Source: Okamejei kenojei (taxonomy: Eukaryota). Taken from it: DNA of 64,000 nt. This document shows, piece by piece, positions 12,121 through 23,870 of the stretch. The notes below the pieces were generated by a model. The model had not been told where the DNA came from. It made no database searches and saw only the letters and a program-made list of their open reading frames with translations. The DNA lies in contig CM069162.1 in the NCBI GenBank assembly GCA_035221665.1, positions 24,242,001-24,306,000 on the forward strand, in the 5' to 3' direction. Position 1 is the stretch's first letter, and each line of letters starts with the position of its first letter. The translations under genes and the position numbers were made by a program.

Positions 12121-15059
12121 AGATCACTTCTTGGCTAAATATTTGAGCATTTATCATGATTCCTATAGGTCGTCAACATTTTTAAAAGTCCCCAAAGTGC
12201 TTGGGAAAATCAGCACTTCCTTCTAGAATGGGACCAAATAAATGAAAGCAGCAATGGGAATTAATGTAAAGGTTATATTTCATTGGGATTATTTTTGAGT
12301 AGAAGTAAATCCAGAGGTTCTTGATCTATCTAGATTTTGCACATCATTGGCTGGAAGTAAGTTGTTCATTGTATATTTACCTCCATTGAAAGCCAAAGGT
12401 CTACAAATTCAGTGCAGCGACGTCCGACATTAATCACACAAAGTAACTTTTGTTCCCATGGTCAATTGGAAATTTAATTTAACTGAAGCACTGATGACTT
12501 ATGAAAAGATGTTACAATCTTGTGCATCGTGAAATATTATGCTTCGACACGGACTGGTTTAAGACCAGGATTTCTGTAAATTGCTGATAAAAATAGCTTG
12601 TTTACAAATCAATGGCTCCGTTAATCATTCACTCAGTCATTTAAAGAAAACAATGGTCTTTATTTCATGTAGAAGCCCCCTGATGGTTTGCAAGTTGCTT
12701 ATTAAATTCTGGCAAACAACTCAATCTGTTTAATACTTTCAGCTTTAAACAAAAGAATAAACGGGACAAACCTAATGCTTCCACTGGGACATTATTTCTA
12801 AATGAGATAATTAGGTCAGCAATTCTGTACAAAGGGAGTAAATGGGGAGTGGTTTGCCTCACTAGTACTCCATAGATCGGGAGTGAATAGAGTCGCCGGG
12901 ACAATTGCAATTCTATAGGATAGGAGAGAGTGGGAAAATACTTTGATCCACTGACTCTCCCCAACAGAACGTCTGCGCATTGATTGGAATTCCATATGTT
13001 AGGAGAGAGCAGAAAACTGTCAGGTCAATTGAAATTCAATGCAGCAGGAGTAAGTTGAAAGGGTGCAATCTATTGAGGTTATTGATTGGAATGAAACCCA
13101 AAGGCACTTGGCCCATCTGAAACCTGCGCAGCATCCATGAATGACAATAGGTTGGGCCATTGGATGCTTGCTTCCATCTGAAGTCAAACATCATTTTGAA
13201 GTATAATGCCACATAAATAAAACATCAGGCCAGGCATAATTTATTTTTTTATTTTCATCTGCCCGGGTTTGATGTTAAATTTGTGAATTTTTAGCATTTA
13301 ATTTTCGTGCCAATCTGCAAAAAGGGGATGATGATTCACAGAAGTGCTGTATTCACTACAAAGACAGTTCAAGGGGAATACACCTGTATTTTCTGCTGTA
13401 GTTTGGTAATTTTTCAGTGAAATATGCTTATCTGGAATAATACCATCCACAACTATTAAAATGGTTTGAAACCAACCAAGTGTGTCAGTTCATGCTCACC
13501 TTAATGCGTTTCTGAAGCACCATTAAAATGGAAATGTCCTCTTAAAAAATGTTAAGTACCAGTTCACATTTCCTGTAATGTAGCTGCCTATAACCATCAA
13601 TTTTGTATTTATGTAGAACAGTCTATTGTTGTGATGTTCCAAGAAGCATCTTTTGGACAGTATTAAATTATAAATAACCAAATTTACGTTTCTCCACACA
13701 ACTTTATGTCTTTCATCTTCAGGGTGTCTGAGACAAACCAGCACAGATTTTAAATAAGCAACTCTGTTCCTACTCTTCTGTTTCCTCACACACCTGAAGA
13801 TCTTGTGCGTGAGAGAGAGTCTGACATCATAGGAAATGGTTGCTTCCGGTATCACAGCCTGGAGGCCATTTGATATACCCGAATCCAAGGAGTTTTGCCA
13901 AAGCATTCAATTGTAAGTGGCGTGGAGCAAAGGCAGGAAATTAGAGCTGAGGTGCAGGTCTGACTGAATGGTTTTGTGTGTAATGATGGTTGTTCAGGAT
14001 GAATATGCATTCCATGGTCGAGTAATAAGCACACCGGGGTCCATAACCCTACCAAGAGGGAGACAATGAATTGAGAGTGTCAGGCCAGCCCCGAGGAGCC
14101 AGCAAAGGATTCTCCTCCCCACCCCCAACGTCTTCAGGAGATCAAGGAGAGGCCACATAATTCAGGCAGCACAGTTGCTGGGATGGGAGGCTGGAGGGGG
14201 ATGATCAGCCATGAGGAATTGCTCTGAAGAGGGCAAATGGTGGCAGATAGAGGCAGCTTCACACTGGGAGAGAGCAAGCGGACGACAGCTGGAGAGGAAG
14301 GTGAGTGGATCTGTGCCTCTGTGACTTTATATCTTTGCATGTGGGCAGGGGACGAAGGGGAAGAATCGGAGAGCCTTTTTCTGCTGTTGTGTAATTTGTA
14401 CTCGTGCACTGTTCCATTAGTTGACTAAAATCACTGCAAGGTGAATGGGAGCAATCTGACCATGTACACACCTACAGAATGAATGCACGCTGGCTTGACA
14501 CTCACCTAATTGCATTCGCTATTAGTCAAAATATGTGTTCCCTCTAATCCTATGGTCAGGACTCAAGTAAATTACTTATCAAGGATTGTTTCATGTGAAC
14601 ATTTTCCATAATTGCAAAATACCCCTTAACGTAAATCTAAATTTTGATGATTTTGCTTTAATTGGTAACTTGGCCATTGAGTGCCTCTCAGCTCCAAGAA
14701 GTATTAATAGGTTTATGGAGGTTGCAGCATTCTGATTTAATATTGCCCTGATTTAAAATACAGTAATCTCTTCAATAGAGGGCCTTCTAGATGGCACATT
14801 TATTCCCTAGAATCAGCTGATAATTCTGTTAGACATGGCTCTTGAAGGAAGTAGTGAAATGTATTACAGGCTTCAGGAGAGATGCGAGAAATTTGGGAGA
14901 GGTGGGGAAACAGGAAAAAAATCTGTTTAACCTACAATTTTGATTCTAAGGTGAAAAAATACCAACTGAGCAAACCTAATATCTTCAATGATCCACACCA
15001 CCCTGCCCCACTCTCATCTCGCTTCTACTGTTGGGAATGTACAGGACTTGAGGACCAGA

Positions 15060-16015
15060 GCTAAAGGGAGAGGTTGGCCAGGCTCAGACTTTATACCTTG
15101 TAGTGCAGGAGGTGTATAAAATCATGGGGGAAATAGACAGGGTAAATGCGCAGAGTCTGTTACCCAGAATAGGGGAAATCAAGAACCAAGAGGGCCTAGG
15201 TTTATGCTGAGATGGAAAAGATGTGCTAGGAATCTGAGAGGTAACTTTTTCACTTACGGGGTATATGGAACGAACTGCCTGAGGGCACAGTTGACCACAT
15301 TTAAAAGACATTTGGATAGGTCCACCAATAGGAAAGGTTTGGAGGGATATCAGCCTAATGTGGGCCGATGGGACGAGAGGGCATCTTGGTCAGATGTGCA
15401 CGTTTGGCCAAAGGGCCCTGTTTCCATGCTGTATGTCCCTATCACTCTATGAATCTCAGTAACAGTTGCACAAAAATGTTGGTGAAACAGAATTTGGAGT
15501 ATTGTGTACAGTTCTGATCTCCATGCTACAAGGAGGATACGATTTAAGCTAGAGAGGGTGCAGAAAGATTCAGGACAATGTTGAGTTACAATAAGTAATG
15601 GGATATGCTGGGACTATTTTCCCTGGAGCGAAAGGGGACTGAAAGGTGATTTTATAGAGGTTCATTAAAATATGCAGGGCACTGACAGAGTAGATGTTTG
15701 CAGTATTTTTCCAAGGTTGGAAATCAGCATCTAGAAGGAATAAGTTTAAGGTGAGAGGGGAATGATTTAAAGGGGATCAGAGGCACACGTTTTTTCACAC
15801 GGACGGGAGTGGGTACAAGGAACGAGCTGCCAAAGGAGACGGTAAGGGCGTGTATAATTACAACATTTTGAAAACATTTGGCTAGGTACATGGATAGGTA
15901 GGTTGAGAGGGATATGGCCCATATGCAGGTAAATTGGATTAGCCTAGATAGGCATCTTCATCAGCATAGATGAGTTGGTCTGATACCATGCTGTATAACT
16001 CTATGAATCTATGAT
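15060..16015 (+). mobile_element. Two tandem decayed CR1 3' fragments (15060-15455 and 15460-16015)
   Basis: Each carries CR1 3' features (..GAGGTGTATAAAATCATG.., RNLRGNFF, TTFKRHLDR, GGGCCCTGTTTCCATGCTGTAT...CTCTATGA tail). Confidence 0.8.
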
Positions 16016-16864
16016 TTGGAAAGTTGTAAGAAAAATAGTAATTTGTTGTTCCACTGCAATTCTTTGAACTATATGATTAAGCACACTATGACTAAAGTGC
16101 GCTTGACATTTGACCTAAACACACAGAAGTATGACAACAAAAAAAGTTTTTTAATGTACAAAGCACCTTTAAGGTTGCAAAAATTCCCCAAAGAATTTCA
16201 CAGGGGCATTATCAAAAATGTAATGCTAATCATACAAAGTGATTAGAATGATCTGTGGAAATGCATGACATCACAAACCATTAACCTGAACAATGCCAAC
16301 AACATTGCTGAAATGTTTCAAAGCTGCCATTGAGGGACATCAGCTAGCATTCAACAAACCAATTAAATATCCCCGAGTATTTCTTCCAATTTTATTTCTG
16401 TTACACTTTCACAGATCAGTAACTGTATACATCTGAACAAATGATGTATACATGAATAACAAAAAAAATCGAGCCAATATAGTTCCACATTATGAGTGCT
16501 TGGCATCAGTAACAAACTCAGAGCAAATCCTCAGCAACATTCTGGCCCTGCATTACATTCACGGAGGGGTAAATGATATATTGTAAATGGTGAGCAAAGG
16601 AATGGGCAACAAAATGGCTGATGGTTCACTTTTTCAAGTGGGGCAGGGAGAAATAATCCTCCTTTGATCATGAGTTTGAGGTCATTGAGAGCAGTGGATT
16701 TAGTTTTAAATCAGATCTGTAAAAGGTCAGCTGGTTATAATCTGTTTAGACATAAATCAGGGCTCATCCATTATCAATAAGTCAACATCTTCTCCAACAG
16801 CATTATAGACGTAACCTGATCAGACACACGGCAGCAGTTCAATGAGTTGGTTCACAAACTTCAC

Positions 16865-17050
16865 TTCAGTTCAGTTTTAGTTTAGCTTAGTGTCATGTGT
16901 ACCGAGGTACAGTGAAAAGCTTTTGTTGCGCGCTAACCAGTCAGCGGAAAGATAATACACGAGTACAATCCAGCCATTCAGTGTACAGATATATGATAAG
17001 GGAATAACGTTTAGCGCAAAGTAAAGACAGCAAAGTCCGATCAAAGATAG
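16865..17050 (-). mobile_element. Non-LTR retroelement 3' end (Rex1-like)
   Basis: Simple-repeat tail (CAGTT/TAGTT)n, then GTCATGTGTACCGAGGTACAGTGAAAAGCTTTTGTTGCG; similar to 39220-39260. Confidence 0.55.
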
Positions 17051-19083
17051 TTAGGGACAGTAGCTCCTTCCAAAATAGTATAAATGGATACAAAAATGGA
17101 TGGTCAACAATACCTCCAACCAGTAAATAAGTACATCAAAACACTGGTATATGATTTGATGATCTACAATTAGCCTCCATAGTAAGAGATGATGATTTTT
17201 TTAAAATCCTATTCAAATCACTATTCGGTAACACTCTGTTGAGTTGCATGGAGGTTGCCCTGCATATTTGACAACGTCATGACATATACAGTATGTAGGT
17301 TTAGTCATGAGGGATATTATATGCTTCAGGAGAGGAGCAAGGTACCTGGGGCAGTGGGGAAAAGGGAACTAAACAGTATTTTCTTCCATTAATTAGACTC
17401 TAAATTCCGAGTAGCCAGCTGGTTTTCAACCCGTGAGATTCTTAACTATAGGATGCTTCGGCTGCCAAGTACAATGAAGCTTCTCTTTATTGAAACTACA
17501 ATATTATTTTGTAACTCCCTGGTAATCGATGTTAATGAATATCACCATCTTAATGGTTAGATTTTTAATCATAATAGAGCAGACTCATGCTGAACAGCCT
17601 TTGAGCAACAGAGAATGCTGCCTTGACGATGCCAGATCCCCAGGCTGAGCCCACCAGCCAGGTAGTTGGTATTCTGTTAACTAGAGTTTTTAATCGATTG
17701 CATTCGACTGCCGTGATGGGCACAATTCTCCCATTTCTATTTAAATTCTGCTTCAGTAATGCTGATGCTCTGTGTCAACGACAGCCTTCCGCTATAAATG
17801 TGAATTACACATTCCGTGCGTGTTTGACTTTTCAGCTGAATTTTAATACATGAGCACTGGCAATTTTGCATTAATTCCTTTCCAGATTCGGGCAGTATTT
17901 TGCGTTAACAGCTTCTGTCACATTTTATTTGAATAGAGTCACATTGGCTGTAAGCTTGTCCCTTTCCAAATTGATTTTGGTGGGGGTTTTGTTCTCCTGT
18001 TTGAGCTACTGCAGCAATGGGATGGAGCGGGCCGAAGCCTAACTCTAATGCTTGTGATGAGGAGATTGATGCGTCACATGGTCTGTCCCAAAGATTGCAA
18101 AGAAAAATGATGGGACAATCAGATGGCATCGGCTCGCTGCCCCTCTCCTCTCTCAGAATTTTTAAATTAAAACTCAAAATTAAAATATAAATCCTCAATG
18201 GATTTTCAGGGAACCCAACTGGCAAAGCAATGGTGCCAGCTTTATAGATTAGTCTGTGTTGAGGCAAATATATATTTTCCACTGCTCAAAGAGAGGAAAG
18301 ATTTGTAGAACAAACTGTTCCTGAAGCTCGGTCCCATCTGAATACTTACTGTTGAGTTGCCTGTGGCTTTTAAATCTGGCAGCAAAATGTAAAGGATAAT
18401 CAAGGACTATTCACCTCAGAGCAGGGAAGTTTTAGATAAGTTCTAACACAGGTCTTCAAAACCATAATGTATTTTTATAGAGTAAAGAAATAGTCTCCAC
18501 TGGCAAGAGGGCCATTAACCAGAGGGCACATATTTAAGGTAATTGGCAAAAAGAACCAGAACAGAGATGGGCGTTGTTTAATGTAACTTTTTATCTGATC
18601 TTCAACTCACTGCTTGAAACTTTGGTCAAAGCAGAATCAATAGTAACTTTCAAAAGGGAATTGAATACATGCTTGAAGAGGAAACATTTGCAGGGCTTCA
18701 GGGATAGAGAGGGATTAAACACATTTCCTTTCAAATTGTCGACAGAGGCATGAAAGGCCGATTGATGACCCTCTGTGTTGTATGATTGCATGAATTGCAC
18801 TCTTGAGCCTTAACTATGCTAATGTCACAACACAACCTTCAATGGATTGCAGGGAGCCAGATGCCACTGGTGCCAGCTATTGTAAGTGGGAGCTGGGGTG
18901 CGGTTAAGAGCACAAAATGCTTTTAGCCCCTCCCTCCTCTACATTAACAATGCAGTTGTATCGTTCTGCATATATGCATCACACGGAAAACAAAACTATC
19001 GTGCCCTAAACAATGCAGATTCAGAACATGGGCAAGTCACTGATCAGACAAAGCATGAAGAAGTTCACAACAACTATGCCTAT

Positions 19084-19624
19084 AGGGGCGGTCCCACTGC
19101 GGCGACCTAATTGGCGAGTTTAGAAGAGTTTAGGAGAGTTAGAAAAAATGTCATGTTGAAGACCTCCTTCAATTATGTAGAAGACCTCCTTCGACTATGT
19201 CGAAGACTAGCTTCGACTAGCTTCGGGAAAATTGGACACCGAATATTGGAGAGTGAAGACGACCTCCTTCGATCTCCCTTCGACTATGATGAAGACTATC
19301 TACGACTACCTTCGACTACCTTCAACTACCTTCGATTAACTACGAATAACATGCTGACCTATTACGACCTACTTCGACTAAACCTACGAGTAAAAAAAAC
19401 ATTGATTTTTTCCATGGCTACCTTTTTTTACTCGCGGGCATTTTTCAGCATGTTGAAAAATACGCCGCGACCTAGCTGAGGCCTCGAGTACGCGGGGACT
19501 CCTCTCGAGCATGAAAGAGAGTTACAAAGACCTCCTAGGACCTTGTGTCGACCATGCTGCGAGTATGAGTTGAGGGCAAACTCTTCTAAACTTGCCAATT
19601 AAGTCCCGCAGTGGGACAGGCCCT
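19084..19624. mobile_element. Non-autonomous DNA transposon (MITE), PIF/Harbinger-like termini
   Basis: ~48-bp imperfect TIRs: left AGGGGCGGTCCCACTGCGGCGACCTAATTGGCGAGTTTAGAAGAGTTT; right (reverse complement) AGGGCCTGTCCCACTGCGGGACTTAATTGGCAAGTTTAGAAGAGTTT. Flanks TAT/TTA are an imperfect TWA-type TSD. Internal CTTCGACTA repeats. Confidence 0.85.
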
Positions 19625-19689
19625 TTACACATTGAGCCAGTACCACAGAATCACTAAGCTATTAAATAACCATTTGTGAGAAGTTAAAG

Positions 19690-19925
19690 TAGGGCCTCTT
19701 CAGCTTGCTCAGGTGTACGGAAAAGAATGTTCTCTTGGTGATGTGGACAATATTTAGCCCTCAGGCAACCTCACAAAAACTTGCATACCGGTCAACATGA
19801 CATTGCTGATTCTGAGATTTAGTTGCCTGCATTGTGACCATTACCACATTTCAAAGTACTTTCTTGGCTGTAAAGTTCATTTGAGCACAAAATGCATTGT
19901 AGTAGTGTAAATCTTACTTTCTTTC
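19690..19925 (+). mobile_element. Old DeuSINE-like relic
   Basis: GGACAATATTTAGCCCTCA...CATGACATTGCTG...CATTTCAAAGTACTTTCTTGGCTGTAAAG...TAAATCTTACTTTCTTTC. Confidence 0.55.
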
Positions 19926-20187
19926 ATATCAAGAATGAAAACCTGGCCATGCAGGGCCGATGAAACTCTTACCAGCAAGGGGTCAGCCCTTCACAATTGG
20001 CAGAGATAGCCTGGTAGGTGCAGGGAAGGAGGGAATGGCTTAACATCAAACATCAGCCTCACTCAATAGGACAAGTTTTGGAAATCTTGAAACTTTTAAC
20101 TTGGCTCACAAGTTCATGTTCAAGTTCTTGGCTCATAAATCTTTTAACTTGGCTCACAAGTGATAGAAAGGGCGAGCTTCTGTTGTG

Positions 20188-20209
20188 TATATATATATAT
20201 ATATATATA
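20188..20209. repeat. (TA)n microsatellite
   Basis: Uninterrupted TA run. Confidence 0.95.
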
Positions 20210-20724
20210 GTGGACAAAGACATAGTCCATATACCAAATGGATTACCTAGATCAGTGTACCTAGTAATCAACAAGGTACACGTTATTAACAAGCTATTTT
20301 AGATTTTATATTGTGCAATGAGAAGGGGTTCATTGATAATCTTATCCTGAAGTAGCCTTTTGAGAAGAATTTTCTGAATATGATTCAATTCTATATCAGG
20401 ACTAAAAGTGATTTAGGTCAATCTGAACTAAAATTCTGATATCTGCAAAAGGAGGAGTTGGCCATGGCAGGTTAGCATCCATAGCATGGTCCTAAAATAG
20501 TGCAATATCTTCCCATTCCTTTTAAACTCTCATCCTTTTGGTATTTAATCCCCTGGTGAGAAGGCGAGAGATAGGAAGAATGTATACATATGATAAGCTT
20601 GGAAGAAAAACTATGCTGGAAATTGTTCATAATGGAGATATGCTGAAACTGTCCCAGAGCTGTCAGTTATCTGACTGGACCTTTAGAGGACAAGTCACAT
20701 ACGAATAAGAAACAACTTTTTCCA

Positions 20725-21040
20725 TTAGTGTCATACCATTTATGACAAGCAATGTCCCAAAATGATTCGCAACTGTTCGTCCTTCTGAAGTATCATTCAT
20801 ATTACAGGTAATTTGTGCACAAGCTTCTGTAAATGGTGATGCACAAGCTTTTTTAGTAATATTGACAGCGGGATAAATATTTTCCTCCAAAAACAATCAC
20901 GGGATCTTTGACGTCACCCATGAGGGCAGCTTAATGGCTTATCTGGACCATCAGTCTCGAGTTTTTTACTGAAGTCTTTGGACTGAGACCTGAATCCATA
21001 ATCATCTTGACTCAGAACAAGAGTTTTAGAAACTGAGCCA
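20725..21040 (-). mobile_element. Old DeuSINE-like relic
   Basis: ATGTCCCAAA...TAATTTGTGCACAAGC...TTAGTAATATTGACAGCGGGATAAATATT...CACGGGATCTTTGACGTCACC...TGACTCAGAACAAGAG...ACTGAGCCA. Confidence 0.55.
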
Positions 21041-22034
21041 TGAGCAAAGTCTACAGCAACTGCTGTGCAAATAGATTATGCTCCTTAGTTTTATTTTGGG
21101 TTAAATATATTGCACTGATATATCAGAGCAATTTGTTGGTTTCACAGCTTGAGGACGGGTTGGGGACAGCTGCTATCTTTCTGTTTGAGCTTTTGGCTGC
21201 TTGCATTTCTTGTGTAGCGCATAACACAGACGGGTTCCAATAAAGTAGGGAAAACAAGCTTCTTATGGGTTTCGAGATTTTTCTTTTATTGCAACAGTGC
21301 TGATCCGAAAGGTTGACTGCCATATCCAATTCCGATGAGTCTTTGTAGTGAAGCCAAGGAGTTAATGCGGACAAGACAGTGCAGTGACCACGCTTTGCCA
21401 CCAGGCAAGGTTCATCAACAGGAATGGATGAGGTATTCATGAATATATTAGTGTCAGCTAGTGCCTGACCATCTATGATATCCAACCTGATCGATAAAGA
21501 AACAGGCTGTGTACCAAATGGAATGGAACTCTCCTGTCGTTGCCAATTAGAATGCCAAACGCTCAATGGATACGTGACTTGCATTGCCCTGCCAGATGGG
21601 GTTTGCATTGTGCTAACATAATTAAATGGCAATGTGAGGCTTTCACTGTAATAATATTTCCAAAATCCAACTCGACTGGTGTAATTAAAAAGCTTAGTAA
21701 TTTCAACGGGAATATTTGGGGATCCCTATCCTATTGCATTGGGCTGAAGTCACATGTGAAGGATGTTTGCTGATGGGAAGTGAAGGATTCAACATTACAG
21801 AATACTTCCTTTAGAAAAATACTTTTGCTTTCTCAAATACCTTTCTAACCTCATTCCATTTACAGCTACAACTCTAGCATCTCCCCGACAGAGGGAAATT
21901 GTTCATCATTCACGAGGTTGAACAAATCGAATCCAACCAATCAATATAGCATTAGGCTAACATGATAAAGTTGGTCATCAACAGAGCTCTCAAGGCACAG
22001 CTAGTGTGGGCCAGCAGTAACTTGCCAATCTTTC

Positions 22035-22177
22035 TTCTTCTTCTTCTGGCGTAAGGCGTGCACAGCCTAAAGTTGTCGGACAACTTGTTCTATTTGATCT
22101 TATTTGATTGTGCACGCCGGGTTGATTGCATTTGTCGAAACAGGGCGGACCACGTGAAGGTTGCAATCTCCCACCCC
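22035..22177 (-). mobile_element. Short non-coding retroposon with HDV-like ribozyme head, 3' stem-loop and (GAA)n tail
   Basis: TSD GCCAATCTTTC at 22024-22034 and 22178-22188; (GAA)n tail at 22035-22047; second copy at 55096-55231. Confidence 0.92.
22124..22177 (-). ncRNA. Minimal HDV-like (nested double pseudoknot) self-cleaving ribozyme, predicted
   Basis: Minus strand: GGGGUGG(P1) GA GAUUGCA(P2) ACC(P3) UUCACGU(L3) GGU(P3') CCGCCCU(P1') G(P1.1) UUUCGA(P4 stub) CAAA(J4/2, catalytic C) UGCAAUC(P2'). All helices pair, with a G1-U wobble at the cleavage site. Confidence 0.85.
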
Positions 22178-22781
22178 GCCAATCTTTCCACCCAGAAGAA
22201 CAAGTAAAGCAAGTACATGGAACACCACCATCTGTAGATTCCACTCCAACTTGCATGTTTTGCATTACTTGGGAATATAACCAACTCTTTCATTAAAGAA
22301 GGTCTAAGTACTGGTTCCGGCATGACAGGCATAACATTACTACGCTAATTGCAGAAGTTCAAGATGGCAGATTATGATTGCCTTCTTTTAGGCTTATGAG
22401 GAGCAACATTTAACACAGTTGGCGATGAGGATTAGACTTTCACTGCAAATTATGTCTGGGCAAATCCAACTGGAAAGCGCATAATAAGAGAGAAACGAAA
22501 ATTATAGGCCAAGATTGGTAGGACTGAAAAGTGGATCGAGCTGGAAGACTTTTGTGCAGACCTCAATCTAAATGGCCTCCTTCTATCCTGTGACCTGTAG
22601 GGAATCAATGTTTGCTTTGCCGGTGGCACTTAAGTCCTATAAATGAAAACAAAATATCCTGGAATTCTATCCTTGCAGCACCATGAGAGAATCTTCATCA
22701 ACTAGACTGCAATGGTTCAAGCAGAGATCTCAAGGACATTGAGGGATCAATCAATCCAACAAAGAACCGTTAAAAAAATTA

Positions 22782-23870
22782 CAACACAGGACAATAGACA
22801 ATTGGTGCAGGAGGAGGCCCTTTGGCCCTTCGAGCCAGCACCGCCTTCAATGTGATCATCTGTGAGAAAAAGTGTTTCCTCGTCTCCGTTCTAAATGGCT
22901 TACCCCTTATTCTTAAACTATGGCCCCTGGTTCTGGACTCCCCCAACATCAGGAACATGTTTCCTGCCTCTAGCCTGTCCAAACCCTTAACAATCCTATA
23001 CGTTTCAATAAGATAACCTCTCATCCTTCTAAACTCCTGAGTGTACAAGTCCAGCCGCTCCAGTCTCTCAGCATATGACAGTCCCGCCATCCTGGGAATT
23101 AACCTTGTAAACCTACGTTGCACTCCTAGCAAGAATGTCCTTCCTCAAATTAGGGGACCAAAACTGCACACAATACTCCAGATGTGGTCTCACTAGGGCT
23201 CTGTACAACTGCAGAAGGACCTCTTTGCTCCTATACTTGACTCCTCTTGTTATAAAGGCCAACATGCCATTCGCTTTCTTCACTACCTGCTGTACCCGCA
23301 TGCTTTCTTTCATACTAATGAACAAGGACCCCCAGATCCCATTGTACTCCCCTTTTCCCAACTTGACGTCATTTAGATAGCAATCTGCCTTCCTGTTTTT
23401 TATAACAAAGTGGATAACCTCACATTTATCCTTCATCTGCCATGCATCTGCCCACCTCCCCAACCTGTCCAAGTCACCCAGCATTCTCATAGCATCCTCC
23501 ACACTGCTACCCAGCTTTGAGTCATCTGCATATTTGCTATTGTTACTTTGAATCCCTTCATCTAAATCATTGATGTATATTGTAAATAGCTACGGTCCCA
23601 GCACCGTGCCTTGCGGTACCCCACTAGTCACTGCCTGCCATTCTGAAAGGGACACCTTAATCCCTACTTTCGTTTCCTGTCTGCCAACCAATTTTCTATC
23701 CATGTCAGCACTCTACCCCCAATACCATGTGCCCTAATTTTGCTCACTAATCTCCTATGTGGGACTTTATCAAATGTTTTCTGAAAGTCCAGGTACACTA
23801 CATCCATTGGCTCTCCCTTGTCCATTTTCCTAGTTACATCTTCGAAAAATTCCAGAAGATTAATCAAGCA
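22782..23870 (-). mobile_element. CR1 LINE, 5'-truncated (RT and 3' UTR)
   Basis: 'SCLINLLEFFEDVT...DVVYLDFQKTFDKVPH...WIENWL', '[19 protein letters not shown]', '[10 protein letters not shown]...LSYAERLERL'; 3' tail near 22790. Confidence 0.93.

Noticed and set aside
14138-14300. Possible exon (TCTTCAG acceptor, AAG|GTGAGT donor)
   Set aside because: Stops in all three frames; could only be non-coding or UTR, which cannot be supported without transcript data.
19160-19390. CTTCGACTA repeats as a CRISPR-like array, or the 122-aa ORF as a gene
   Set aside because: Repeats are short, irregular and lack unique spacers; eukaryotic context; fully explained as MITE interior.
21123-21632. 169-aa minus-strand ORF
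   Set aside because: No recognisable domain, no convincing splice-site pair; length within chance expectation for 64 kb.
22134-22141. GTTTCGAC (minus) as a Pol III B-box implying a tRNA-derived SINE
   Set aside because: Imperfect match, no tRNA-like fold or clear A-box; the sequence is better explained as P1.1/P4/J4-2 of the ribozyme.
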